The notes under the pieces: model-generated
Databases searched by the model: none
Seen by the model: only the letters and a program-made list of their open reading frames with translations
Told to the model about the DNA's origin: nothing
Origin: an uncultured bacterium
GTDB lineage: Bacteria; Oederibacteriota; JAAXVQ01; JAUVAV01
Reading direction: 5' to 3'
Length of the DNA stretch: 64,000 nucleotides
Assembly (NCBI GenBank): GCA_963710755.1
Contig: CAVQBK010000002.1
Span: 96,001-160,000, forward strand
Position numbers and translations under genes: made by a program
Part shown: piece after piece, positions 1-9,312 of the stretch
Layout of the letters: every line of letters begins with the position of its first letter
How positions within the stretch are numbered: the first letter of the stretch is position 1

Positions 1-141
1 AGAAAAGCCTTTAAAACCAAGGCCTATGGACTCCGCTCTCACCGGAATGACGAACGAGTTATTTGTTTTTGTGTTGTGACCCAGGTTGTTGCGAAAGGGG
101 ACAGTAAACTTGGCCTTTCCGTAACAAGAAATAGATAATCC

Positions 142-170
142 TTGCTGCTTGGCGCCATAATTCCTATAAT
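142..170 (+). promoter_or_regulatory. Putative sigma70 promoter for the EF-G paralogue
   Basis: TTGCTG(142-147)-17 bp-TATAAT(165-170), upstream of the AGGAGG RBS and ATG at 264. Confidence 0.55.
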
Positions 171-263
171 TAATTTCCATTGCCTCACAGTCCCTTATGG
201 GTAGGACGATTGAAATCATCATCTTTTTGTCTTGGCACTACCATTATCTCCAGGAGGCCTCCT

Positions 264-2354
264 ATGAGTAACCCTTATTCTGCAGCACAAATTCAAAACA
301 TCCTCATTGCCGGTCATGGGCATGTAGGTAAAACCACCTTGACCGAATCCTTGTTGGCCGCCGCCGGAGCCATCAGCCAACCCGGCCAGGTGGAAAAAGG
401 CACCACTGTCTCCGACTTCGATGAAGAAGAGATCAGCCGCAAACTTTCTTTACACACTTCTATCACGTTTGTGGACTATGCTGATCATAAACTAAACTTC
501 TTGGATGCGCCTGGGTCACCTGATTTTATCGGCGACGTCTTGGCGGCCTTGCATGTGGCGGACTCGGCACTGGTGCTGGTGGATGCGGAAGTGGGGCCGG
601 AAATCGAATCTCTCAAGCATTCCCGCGAAGCCGAGAATTTTAACGTGCCGCGGGCGCTGTTCCTCAATAAAATGGACAAGGAAAGAGCCAATTTCGAAAC
701 CACTATGGAGTTATGTTCCCAGAAATTCAGCAAACCCAAGATTCCCATTTGGATTCCCATTGGCGCAGGGGAAAATTTCCAAGGTGTGGTGGACTTGTTG
801 AAAATGAAGGCCCTGCTCTTCCCCAAGGACAGTCCCCGCTACACCATAGCACCCATTCCTGAGACCATGCAGGCCCAGGCCCAGGCCGCCCGGGAGACGT
901 TGATCGAAGCGGCGGCAGAAGGCGATGACCAACTGACCGAAGAATTCCTGGAAGGCCAATCCTTGTCAACCGACGAAATCGACCGCGGCCTGAACGAGGA
1001 TATGATGGCCGGCCGTTTCATCCCCGTGTTTTGCGGTTGCGCCAACCGGGTGTCCTGCGCAACCGCCTTGTTGGATGTGTTTATTGAATTCATGCCCAAT
1101 GCCGCTGAAAAAGCACCCTGGAACGGCACGGCCATGGGCATGCCCGACACTCCCCTGACCCGGGCGGCTCAATCCGACCAACCCTTCAGTGCCTTTGTTT
1201 TTAAAACCATGATCGATCAATATGCCGGTAAATTTTCTTTTTTAAAAATCATCTCCGGCGTGCTAACCCCGGAAATGGAAGTTCTCAACACCAGCATTAA
1301 TCACAAAGAAAAATTCGGACACCTTTTCTCTATCCAAGGCAAGAAAACCACGGAGGTGCCACGTGCTGGTGCCGGAGATATTGTGGTGGTCACCAAGGTG
1401 GAGACTGCTCAAACCAGCCATACTGTTGCTGATCCTGCCTCCCCCATTGTTTTCCCTGGTTTAAAATTGCCGCAATCCGTATATGCTGTGGCGGTTGCGG
1501 CCCAGAAAAAAGGGGAAGATCAAAAAATGAGCACAGCGCTGGCCAAGCTCTGCGAGGAAGACCCCACCCTGACCTTTCGTTTCGAGCCGGAATTGCACCA
1601 ATCCCTGCTTGAGGCCATGGGGGATATGCAAATCGATATTGCCCTGTCGCGGCTTAAGAAGAAATACAACCTCGAGGTGGAACGCACCGTGCCCCGCGTG
1701 CTTTATAAGGAAACCATTCAAAAACCGGCCCAGGGCCATCATAAACATAAAAAGCAATCAGGCGGCCATGGTCAATACGGCGAGGTCTATCTGGACATCG
1801 AGCCTTTGACAGCTGGTATGGGCTACAGCTTCGAAGACCGCACCCATGGCGGCAGTATTCCCAAAGGATTTATGCCGGGTATCGAAAAGGGGGTAAAGGA
1901 AGGCATGCAACGGGGCGTGCTCGCCGGTTATCCCGTGATTGACATCGCTGTGCGCGTAATGGACGGATCGTTTCATGACGTTGATTCTTCGGAAATGTCC
2001 TTTAAAATTGCAGGTCGCAAAGCTTTTTACGAGGCCATGGAAAAAGCCGCGCCCGTACTCTTGGAACCGATCATGCATGTGGTGATTGCCGCTGAAGACG
2101 GCAGTATGGGGGCCATCACCAGCGATCTCAACGCACGCCGGGGCCGAGTCCTGGCCATGGGCACCGACAAAATCGAAGCCCAAATTCCCCAGGCGGAACT
2201 GCTCAAATACGCCATGGAATTAAAAGCCATGACCTCGGGTACCGCCACCTTTGAAATGAATTTTTCTCATTATCAACCTGTCCAGGGCAGGATTGCGGAG
2301 CAGGTGATCAAGGAAGCGGCAGCCTTGCATGGCCAGAGGACTGAAGAAGATTAA
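264..2354 (+). CDS. fusA: Elongation factor G paralogue (EF-G2 / EF-G-like)
   Basis: Variant G1 GHGHVGKTT, G3 DAPG, G4 NKMD; domain IV KKQSGGHGQYG and DGSFHDVDSSEMSF; start moved to ATG 264 after AGGAGG; not in the rpsL-rpsG-tuf context. Confidence 0.9.
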   Translation: MSNPYSAAQIQNILIAGHGHVGKTTLTESLLAAAGAISQPGQVEKGTTVSDFDEEEISRKLSLHTSITFVDYADHKLNFLDAPGSPDFIGDVLAALHVADSALVLVDAEVGPEIESLKHSREAENFNVPRALFLNKMDKERANFETTMELCSQKFSKPKIPIWIPIGAGENFQGVVDLLKMKALLFPKDSPRYTIAPIPETMQAQAQAARETLIEAAAEGDDQLTEEFLEGQSLSTDEIDRGLNEDMMAGRFIPVFCGCANRVSCATALLDVFIEFMPNAAEKAPWNGTAMGMPDTPLTRAAQSDQPFSAFVFKTMIDQYAGKFSFLKIISGVLTPEMEVLNTSINHKEKFGHLFSIQGKKTTEVPRAGAGDIVVVTKVETAQTSHTVADPASPIVFPGLKLPQSVYAVAVAAQKKGEDQKMSTALAKLCEEDPTLTFRFEPELHQSLLEAMGDMQIDIALSRLKKKYNLEVERTVPRVLYKETIQKPAQGHHKHKKQSGGHGQYGEVYLDIEPLTAGMGYSFEDRTHGGSIPKGFMPGIEKGVKEGMQRGVLAGYPVIDIAVRVMDGSFHDVDSSEMSFKIAGRKAFYEAMEKAAPVLLEPIMHVVIAAEDGSMGAITSDLNARRGRVLAMGTDKIEAQIPQAELLKYAMELKAMTSGTATFEMNFSHYQPVQGRIAEQVIKEAAALHGQRTEED

Positions 2355-2542
2355 TGACAAGGAAAGCAATGAACCTTGACAGCGCAAGCCACGGCGGCAT
2401 TATCAGGATAGCTTTGCAGGGGTGTATAATTATTGGTCCTACGGCAGAGGGTTCACCTATGGAAGCTCTATAAAAAATTGCGGAAAGGGTGCTGGTGTAG
2501 GGCCCAGGCAGGCCTGGTATAGATCTTAATCATGGCCGTGCC

Positions 2543-3532
2543 TTAGGACTTGGGGGAACGTCGTCTCTTGGTAGCGCGCGTGTAGGCTTGGCGGATGCAA
2601 TTGCGGCCGGCGTTTTTAGCCCGGTATAAAGCCTGGTCGGCCATGTCAATGATCGCTTCCGCGGTAGTGGCATTTTCCGGATAAGTGGCAATACCCATGG
2701 AAATAGTGATGGACTTATGCGTGCCGGGAATGTGGCTACCGATCTTGGATTCTTTGAAAGCATTGAACAGGCGGGTGGCAAAACGCAGGGCTTCCTTGGC
2801 ATTGGTTTCAGGCAGGATGATGGCAAACTCATCGCCGCCGTAGCGGGAAACCGTGTCGGTGTCGCGGCGGGTGGCCTTGAATAAGGCCGCCAGATCGCGC
2901 AACAGAATGTCGCCTTCCATATGGCCCAGTTGGTCGTTGTATTCCTTGAAGTGGTCCAGATCCAAGAACAGCAGGCTAAAGGTACGATTGTAACGCTTGC
3001 AACGCCCCAATTCTTCCCTTAATTCTTCCTGAAAATAACGGTGATTGTAAAGCCCGGTGAGTCCGTCTTCGTTGACAAAGAGCAGCAAGCAATCAAGTTC
3101 CTCTTCCGGCAGCAATTGGAAATCCTTGACCTGGCCCGATTGATTGTCCAAGTAATCCAGAGCCGCCACCTTAATGCCTACATTGCGTCCTATCTTCTGG
3201 GACATGAAGTATTTATGGCGAACCACTTCCTCCCAAAGGTGACGGGCTTCTTCCGCGCCATAACGCTTGTGCACTAGGGCGTAGAGCAGATCCGTAAACA
3301 GTTCGCTGCCCTTGCGTTCTTTTAAATATTCCAGTGATTGACGGATCTCTTTGGGCACGTGCTCCACATCACCGGCAAAATATTCCAAAACGGCCACATC
3401 CTTGGACAACCAGCGCGTGAAATGCCTCAGTTCACCGGGAAGGGTGATATAGTAGCTGGTATTGCAGGTAAAGGTGTCGTTGCGGTTGATAAATGCCTCG
3501 CCACTCTGCGCACCACGCTTATCCAGATCCAT
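2543..3532 (-). CDS. Diguanylate cyclase (GGDEF) with an uncharacterised N-terminal domain
   Basis: DGLTGLYNHRYF, DLDHFKEYNDQLGHMEGD, intact RYGGDEF, and an RxxD I-site (RDTD) 5 residues upstream. Confidence 0.93.
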   Translation of the reverse strand: MDLDKRGAQSGEAFINRNDTFTCNTSYYITLPGELRHFTRWLSKDVAVLEYFAGDVEHVPKEIRQSLEYLKERKGSELFTDLLYALVHKRYGAEEARHLWEEVVRHKYFMSQKIGRNVGIKVAALDYLDNQSGQVKDFQLLPEEELDCLLLFVNEDGLTGLYNHRYFQEELREELGRCKRYNRTFSLLFLDLDHFKEYNDQLGHMEGDILLRDLAALFKATRRDTDTVSRYGGDEFAIILPETNAKEALRFATRLFNAFKESKIGSHIPGTHKSITISMGIATYPENATTAEAIIDMADQALYRAKNAGRNCIRQAYTRATKRRRSPKS

Positions 3533-3546
3533 GGGGTTGATCCCTT

Positions 3547-4965
3547 TCAGGAGTTTAAAAACACTTCATAACACCGCTCGGCTTGCATCAAATCAATCTT
3601 GCTGGAAAGTTCCAACGTGGCGTGCATGGACAACAGGGGCGGTCCCGCGTCAATGGCATCCATGCCATAACGGGATAGAAACATGGCAATCGTCCCGCCG
3701 CCGCCAACATCCAATTTCCCCATTTCCCCGGTCTGCCATTTGACCCCACGCTCTTCGAAAAGCTGGATCAGCCAGCTCATGTATTCACTGGAGGCTTCAT
3801 TGCTATCATACTTGCCGCCCGCCCCACCGTATTTTTCCACGCTAATTCCCCCGCCCAGACGGGAAGAATTGTCCATATCACTCACATCCTCAAAATTGGG
3901 ATTGAGCGCTTCCGTAACATCTGCGCTGATGGCCGTGGCACTTTCCAGAATAGCCGCGGTGCTGCGCTTGGCTCCGCATTTCCGCCGGAGCTCTTCCACG
4001 AAATTTTCCAACTGCCGGCTCTGCGCTCCTGTGTCGCCGGTGGAACCGATTTCCTCTTTGTCGATGAAAAGACCGAGAGCCATGCCCGCTGGTTTTTCAA
4101 TTTTGGACAGGGCCGTGAACAAGGCAAAAGCGCAAATCCTGTCATCCTGACCATACGCGGCAATCATGGATTGATCAAGGCCGATGTCCACCGGTTTAGC
4201 GGCCGGCACAAAGGTAATATCGGCTGTTAGCAGATTTTTCTCCACCAGGCCGTAACGTTCATGCAGCAAGGTCAGAACCGCTGCTTTGATTTTTTCTTTT
4301 TCCTCGCTCTCAGCCAGAGGCTGGTTACCCACGACAATCCGTAACTGTTCCCCTTTAATAGCGTCCTTGGCAATTTCCTTCATCTGTTCTTTTCCAATAT
4401 GGGGGGCAATATCAGGAATTAAAAACTGCGGTTCTCCCGGCGCCTCGCCGATCACGAATTCCAGTTTGCCTTGAGGCGTGGGCACCACGGCATGCATGCT
4501 CAGGGGCACATTAACCCATTGATATTTTTTGATCCCACCATAGTAGTGGGTCTTGAGCAAGGCCAAGTCCCCTGCTTCCATTAGGGGGGAGGGTTTAAGA
4601 TCCAAGCGGGGACTGTCAATATGGGCACCCACCAGGCGCCATGTTTTTTCCGGATCTCCTATCACCGCAGTAATTAAAGCACGGTGTTTAATCACTTTAT
4701 AAACTTTATCGCCCCTCTGCAGATGGTCCATTTGGTCCAGAGGTTTAAAGCCCAGTTGTTGAAAATGATTGACCAGATAGCGGACGCAGGCCCGTTCTGT
4801 CTTGGCCTGACCTAGAAAAGCTTTATAAACCTCGGCATAGTCAAAAGCCTCCTGCCGCTCCTGTTGGCTAAGCCCTTGCCAGGCTGAACTGCGGCTGAAA
4901 GTTAAGGAAGCCTGGGTAGCGGCTGCAGATGAATTTTCGGATGGAGGTTTCGTTTCCCGGTGCAT
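3547..4965 (-). CDS. apeA: M18 family aminopeptidase
   Basis: GAHIDSPRLDLKP, THYYGGIKKYQW, GQDDRIC, DKEEIGS, LLSMHA motifs; AAGGAG RBS. Confidence 0.9.
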   Translation of the reverse strand: MHRETKPPSENSSAAATQASLTFSRSSAWQGLSQQERQEAFDYAEVYKAFLGQAKTERACVRYLVNHFQQLGFKPLDQMDHLQRGDKVYKVIKHRALITAVIGDPEKTWRLVGAHIDSPRLDLKPSPLMEAGDLALLKTHYYGGIKKYQWVNVPLSMHAVVPTPQGKLEFVIGEAPGEPQFLIPDIAPHIGKEQMKEIAKDAIKGEQLRIVVGNQPLAESEEKEKIKAAVLTLLHERYGLVEKNLLTADITFVPAAKPVDIGLDQSMIAAYGQDDRICAFALFTALSKIEKPAGMALGLFIDKEEIGSTGDTGAQSRQLENFVEELRRKCGAKRSTAAILESATAISADVTEALNPNFEDVSDMDNSSRLGGGISVEKYGGAGGKYDSNEASSEYMSWLIQLFEERGVKWQTGEMGKLDVGGGGTIAMFLSRYGMDAIDAGPPLLSMHATLELSSKIDLMQAERCYEVFLNS

Positions 4966-5093
4966 GGTATCTCCTTTGATAGCATGGATCGAGCTGGGTT
5001 TGGCCCGGTCTTTTACTTACTCTATCAAAAAAGCCGGACCTTGGCTAGCTTCTTCACGGCCATTGACCAGCAAAGGACATTGGCATAATCATG

Positions 5094-5492
5094 TCAGGGT
5101 TGATGAACCCGTCGCAAAGCCACCATGCCGCCACTGAGATTAAGCAAATGGGTATAACCGTGATCCGCCAGGAAGGCATAAGCTTGGGAAGACCGGCTGC
5201 CACTGCGGCAGATAAGCACCACTTCTTGGTCTTTGGGAATTTCCTGATAACGACTGGGCAAATCAGGCAGAGGAATATTTACAACACCCGGCAAAGCGCC
5301 CAAAGGGCCCAGCAACTCTTCCGGCTGGCGCACATCCACCAGCACCATCGCTTCCTGATGGGACAACCGGTCCATTAACCCGCTGGCAGACACCGTCGCC
5401 ATACCCTTTGTCTGTCCCGGTGCTCCGGGCATGCACCCGCTTAAGCCTGCTGTTCCCACCAGGATCATCAGCACCAATAGCTTTTTAAGCAT
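5094..5492 (-). CDS. Rhodanese-domain lipoprotein
   Basis: Signal peptide with lipobox LSGC; VDVRQPEE, CRSGSRS active loop, NLSGGM; overlaps the fprA stop. Confidence 0.85.
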   Translation of the reverse strand: MLKKLLVLMILVGTAGLSGCMPGAPGQTKGMATVSASGLMDRLSHQEAMVLVDVRQPEELLGPLGALPGVVNIPLPDLPSRYQEIPKDQEVVLICRSGSRSSQAYAFLADHGYTHLLNLSGGMVALRRVHQP

Positions 5493-6708
5493 GGCTCACC
5501 ACTTCTTGGCCTTTGGCAGCCACAATTTTTTCCGCAATGGCTTGGCCCAAGCCGCGGGCTGCCGCCAGATCCTCGCTTCGGGGTGTGAACTTGACGCGCA
5601 AGCCCGGGGCGGCAATCTTCATCTTCAAGGACTTCAGCCGTTCTTCCAGCATGGGTACGGCTTCTCCACTCCAGCCGTAAGACCCAAAAGCCACAGCCTG
5701 TTTGCCGCGCAATTTGACCGTGGCCAGCGAGGATAGCAAATCCCAGACCGGCTTCACCGCATCGCCGTTGATGGTGCATGACCCGACCGCCAAGCCATCG
5801 GCAGCTTCCATTTGCGTCAACACATCGGGAAGTTCAGTGCCCACCAGGTCAAAAAGTGCGACTTTCACACCCACGGCGCGGGCACCTGCAGCCACCTCCT
5901 GGGCCAGGCGGCCTGTAAGTCCGTAAGCGGAAACGTAGAAGATAAGCAGCTTGCCTTCCTTAACCTTTTCAGGTTGAGTGCTCCAGGACCGGTAAAGGTC
6001 GAGATAGCCTTCAATATTATTATTAAGCAAGGGACCATGACTGGTGCAAATCAGATTCAGTTCCAATCCTTTTATAGCTTCCAGTCCTTTGAGAACATAT
6101 TCTTTAAAAGGACGCATAATATGATCATAATAATATCGGAAAGCATGGGTAAAATCTCCGACCTGATCACTGAACATGGCTTCATGGCAGTAATGGCTGC
6201 CCAGAAAATCGCAGGAGAAAAGTACTTTTTCCTCCGCACAATAAGTGAACATGGTATCGGGCCAATGCAAAAAAGGCGCCGTGATAAACTGCAGGGTCTT
6301 GCCGCCCAAGTCCAGCTGATCACCAGTGCCCACCAGCATGGGATTGAGATCCTGATTGGTCAGCTCTTTGAGAAAGGGAGCGCCGTTTTTGGCGACCACG
6401 ATGCGGGCATTGGGCAGGCGCTCCAGCGCCGGCAAAATCGATCCCGAATGGTCCGGTTCCAGATGATTGCAGACGATATAGTCAATTTTGTCCAAGGCTA
6501 TGATCTGTTCTAGACGTTCAAACATCTCCTGGGCATGGCCGGCCTTGACAGTGTCAATGAGTGCGGTTTTTTGCTCCCCCTGAACCAGATAGGCGTTATA
6601 GGTAGTACCTTGTTCCGTGTGCATAATGATATCGAAGATTCTTAATTTGGGGTTCAAGACGCCCACCCAATGAATCTTCTCGGTAATGGTAATAGGATTT
6701 AAGGACAT
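5485..6708 (-). CDS. fprA: Flavodiiron protein (FprA, A-type flavoprotein; O2/NO reductase)
   Basis: GTTYNAYL, HLEPDHSG, LHWPDTM, C-terminal flavodoxin AFGSYGWSGEA; ATG 6708 after GGAGG. Confidence 0.93.
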   Translation of the reverse strand: MSLNPITITEKIHWVGVLNPKLRIFDIIMHTEQGTTYNAYLVQGEQKTALIDTVKAGHAQEMFERLEQIIALDKIDYIVCNHLEPDHSGSILPALERLPNARIVVAKNGAPFLKELTNQDLNPMLVGTGDQLDLGGKTLQFITAPFLHWPDTMFTYCAEEKVLFSCDFLGSHYCHEAMFSDQVGDFTHAFRYYYDHIMRPFKEYVLKGLEAIKGLELNLICTSHGPLLNNNIEGYLDLYRSWSTQPEKVKEGKLLIFYVSAYGLTGRLAQEVAAGARAVGVKVALFDLVGTELPDVLTQMEAADGLAVGSCTINGDAVKPVWDLLSSLATVKLRGKQAVAFGSYGWSGEAVPMLEERLKSLKMKIAAPGLRVKFTPRSEDLAAARGLGQAIAEKIVAAKGQEVVSHA

Positions 6709-6760
6709 GCTAATTTCCTCCACTAATTTTTAAAATATTTTCCTCACATCAAGCTCATCA

Positions 6761-7993
6761 TCACGGCTTAACTTCAAACCCGGGAATAGTCTTAAACACA
6801 GCTTGTTTTTGCAATAACTGCTGCTCATGACCCTTGATGTTTAATTTCTTCTCAATGACTTTTTTATAGCTCAAGGCCTCGCCGCTGTAGCCTACTTGAA
6901 TACATCCTGCCAAACAATCATCACGGATAAAGAGTTTGATTAATTCCTGATCGCCTTCATGACGTTTGCCCAGTACCCGGGCTCCTTCAGGATTAATATT
7001 GCCTTGGGAAAAAACATCGATGCCCGCCACTTTAAGCTTGGTGGAAGGCACCACCCCCTCAAACTCCTCCTCTGCGCCGGCGGCATTTAAACCAGCCCTT
7101 CGTCCCATGGCCATGGCCGCTGACCATAAGCCCAGATTGGTGCCACGCCACTGGGCTACATCTCCTGCAGCATAGATGAAGGGACTGCTGGTACGTAAAT
7201 AGTCGTCCACAATAATGCCCTTTGGACCTACCGCCAGACCGGCTTGTTCGGCCAAATCCACCCTGGGACTGATACCAGCCGATACCACCGCCAGATCGGC
7301 TTTTAATTCCATTCCATTCTTCAGCTTCAAGCCGATGGTAAGATCATTGGAAAATACCTGGGCCACCGATGTTCCCAGAAAAAATTCAAACCCCATGTCC
7401 ATTAGTTTACTCTGTAACAGAGCCGCTGCTTCGCCATCGAGTTGGCGTGGCAGGAGATGAGGGGCAATTTCAATCACAATCACCTTGAGCCCCAATTGCG
7501 TCAGGGCATGACCGACTTCCAGCCCCAGGAGACCACCGCCGATTAAAATCGCATGCTGCTTAAACGACGCTTCTTTTTTTAGCCGCTGGGCATCAGCAAG
7601 CGTGCGCAGCGCATGCACCCGCGACGAGGGCAGACCGCTGATGGCGGGAAAACGGGCGTCAGCCCCCATGGCCAGTACCAGCCGGGTATAGGTCAAGGTT
7701 AGTCCGCTTTGAGTTTTAACCTGCCTGGCTTCAGGATCAATAACTGTCACCTGATCCTGAAACAGGACCGTGATGCCCTTCTCCTGATACCAAGTATCAG
7801 GGTGCACACTAATTTTCTCGGGTTTAACTTTTCCTGCCACCACCTCCGGCAGTCGCGGCCGACTATAACAATGATTCGCTTCATTGGTAATAATGGTCAC
7901 CGGGAGGTGCGCCTCCACTTCGCGAAAGGCCTTGGCCGCATAGACCCCGCCCGGTCCGTTGCCGATGATGACCAACCCTGGGTTGCTGTCCAT
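6761..7993 (-). CDS. FAD-dependent NAD(P)H oxidoreductase (NADH:rubredoxin oxidoreductase-like)
   Basis: IIGNGPGG, IGGGLLGLE, IYAAGDVA, STKLKVAGIDVFS; ATG at 7993 overlaps the rubrerythrin stop (TGATG). Confidence 0.85.
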   Translation of the reverse strand: MDSNPGLVIIGNGPGGVYAAKAFREVEAHLPVTIITNEANHCYSRPRLPEVVAGKVKPEKISVHPDTWYQEKGITVLFQDQVTVIDPEARQVKTQSGLTLTYTRLVLAMGADARFPAISGLPSSRVHALRTLADAQRLKKEASFKQHAILIGGGLLGLEVGHALTQLGLKVIVIEIAPHLLPRQLDGEAAALLQSKLMDMGFEFFLGTSVAQVFSNDLTIGLKLKNGMELKADLAVVSAGISPRVDLAEQAGLAVGPKGIIVDDYLRTSSPFIYAAGDVAQWRGTNLGLWSAAMAMGRRAGLNAAGAEEEFEGVVPSTKLKVAGIDVFSQGNINPEGARVLGKRHEGDQELIKLFIRDDCLAGCIQVGYSGEALSYKKVIEKKLNIKGHEQQLLQKQAVFKTIPGFEVKP

Positions 7994-8565
7994 CAGTAGT
8001 TTTCCCTCCATTGTTCGAAAAAGTTTTGAGGATGTTGACAGGCCGGACATTGGGTCAGGGCGGTCTGGCCTTCATAGATAAAGCCACATTTCCGGCATTT
8101 CCACTTAACCACTTCGTCTTTTTTAAAAACTTTGTCGTTCTCGATATTACTGGCCAATTTCAGAAAACGCCGCTCATGGGCAGCCTCGACCTTGGCGATG
8201 GCTTCAAATGCCCCGGCGATTTTGTCCCAGCCTTCCTTCCGGGCTACCTGCGCAAAGGCAGGATACAGCCTGCTGGCTTCCTCGTGTTCTGCAGTAGCCG
8301 CGGCTTTGAGATTTTCCAAGGTGGTGCCAATAGGGGCATTGGTGAAGGTGGTCATGATTTCCACCGGTCCGCCTTCGAGCGCCTTAAAAAAAGTCTTGGC
8401 ATGACTAAGTTCATTGTCCGCCGTTTCCCGAAAGAGTTCCGCCATCTGTCGAAAGCCTTCTTTCTCGGCCACCTTGGCATAATAGGTATAGCGGTTACGG
8501 GCCTGGCTCTCACCGGCAAAAGCCACCAGCAAATTCTTTTCCGTTTTGGATCCTATGATGGTCAT
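7993..8565 (-). CDS. rbr: Rubrerythrin
   Basis: AFAGESQARNRY, ExxH diiron motifs, C-terminal WKCRKCG...CPACQHP. Confidence 0.96.
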   Translation of the reverse strand: MTIIGSKTEKNLLVAFAGESQARNRYTYYAKVAEKEGFRQMAELFRETADNELSHAKTFFKALEGGPVEIMTTFTNAPIGTTLENLKAAATAEHEEASRLYPAFAQVARKEGWDKIAGAFEAIAKVEAAHERRFLKLASNIENDKVFKKDEVVKWKCRKCGFIYEGQTALTQCPACQHPQNFFEQWRENY

Positions 8566-8634
8566 CTTAAAGCTCCTCGGATAATCCCTGCGGTTGGTCC
8601 GCGGGAGATTGGGTGAGATGCGTTTAGCAGCGGT

Positions 8635-9048
8635 TTATCCTTTGGTCTTGCCGGGCGGGATGCTGCAGTCCGTGTTGCAGTGCACACAACGGCCGATCAA
8701 TTCCAGGTCAAATTTGGTCACCTCATGGCCTTCGGCTTCCAGACATCCAATCAATTGACAGCAATGATCCTGCAGCATTAAATCCTCGATCTTGCCACAA
8801 CCTTCACAAATGAAATGAGCGTGGGCTAGCACCCGGCCGTCATAGCGGGTCTCTTTTTGGGCCAGATTGAGGGCCCGGATTCTCCCCTGTCTGGTTAAAA
8901 TGTCAAGATTGCGGTAAACCGTTCCCAAGGAAAGGTTCTTTATTTTAGTCTTTAATTGACGGTAGATTTCAGCTGCGCTGGGATGATCACTGCGTGCCTG
9001 TAAAAAGTCGATGATGGTTTTTCTTTGAAAACTTTCACGATAAGTCAT
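8635..9048 (-). CDS. perR: Fur-family regulator, PerR-like
   Basis: DHPSAAEIY, SLGTVYRNL, RYD, HAHFICEGCGKIED, C-terminal CVHC; heads the peroxide-defence genes. Confidence 0.8.
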   Translation of the reverse strand: MTYRESFQRKTIIDFLQARSDHPSAAEIYRQLKTKIKNLSLGTVYRNLDILTRQGRIRALNLAQKETRYDGRVLAHAHFICEGCGKIEDLMLQDHCCQLIGCLEAEGHEVTKFDLELIGRCVHCNTDCSIPPGKTKG

Positions 9049-9062
9049 CAGTACCCTCTAAT

Positions 9063-9106
9063 TCATAATCATTCTGAATATTAAGGAAGGGTCTGGTAAA
9101 AGTCAA
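9063..9106 (-). promoter_or_regulatory. sigma70 promoter with an adjacent Per/Fur-box-like operator
   Basis: Minus strand TTGACT(9106-9101)-17 bp-TAATAT(9083-9078); TCATAATCATTCTGA (9063-9077) matches TTATAATnATTATAA at 11/14 positions. Confidence 0.65.
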
Positions 9107-9312
9107 GTGCAATTGAAATTCATTCCTGAAAGTGCCTTGGAGGTCTGTTAGGTTAAACGCCATGGGATCGGAAACGTTTAAGCCACCTTGCCGGAAGGCA
9201 GGTAAACGTTGCGTATGGGCCCGGCAGAACCGGACGGACTAGATGGGATCATTGCTAATAGCCGACGGGCCAAGCCTGATCGCCAATTGAGACCATGAAA
9301 ACGACTGTCGTT

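Noticed and set aside
5812-6513. Long antisense ORFs (this one; also 8011-8616, 12913-13569, 31714-32364, 48959-49606)
   Set aside because: Shadows of well-supported genes on the opposite strand with no recognisable motifs.
9186-9205. SRP RNA, suggested by a GGAA tetraloop hairpin
   Set aside because: Lacks the CAGG...GGAA...AGCAG internal-loop motif of SRP domain IV.
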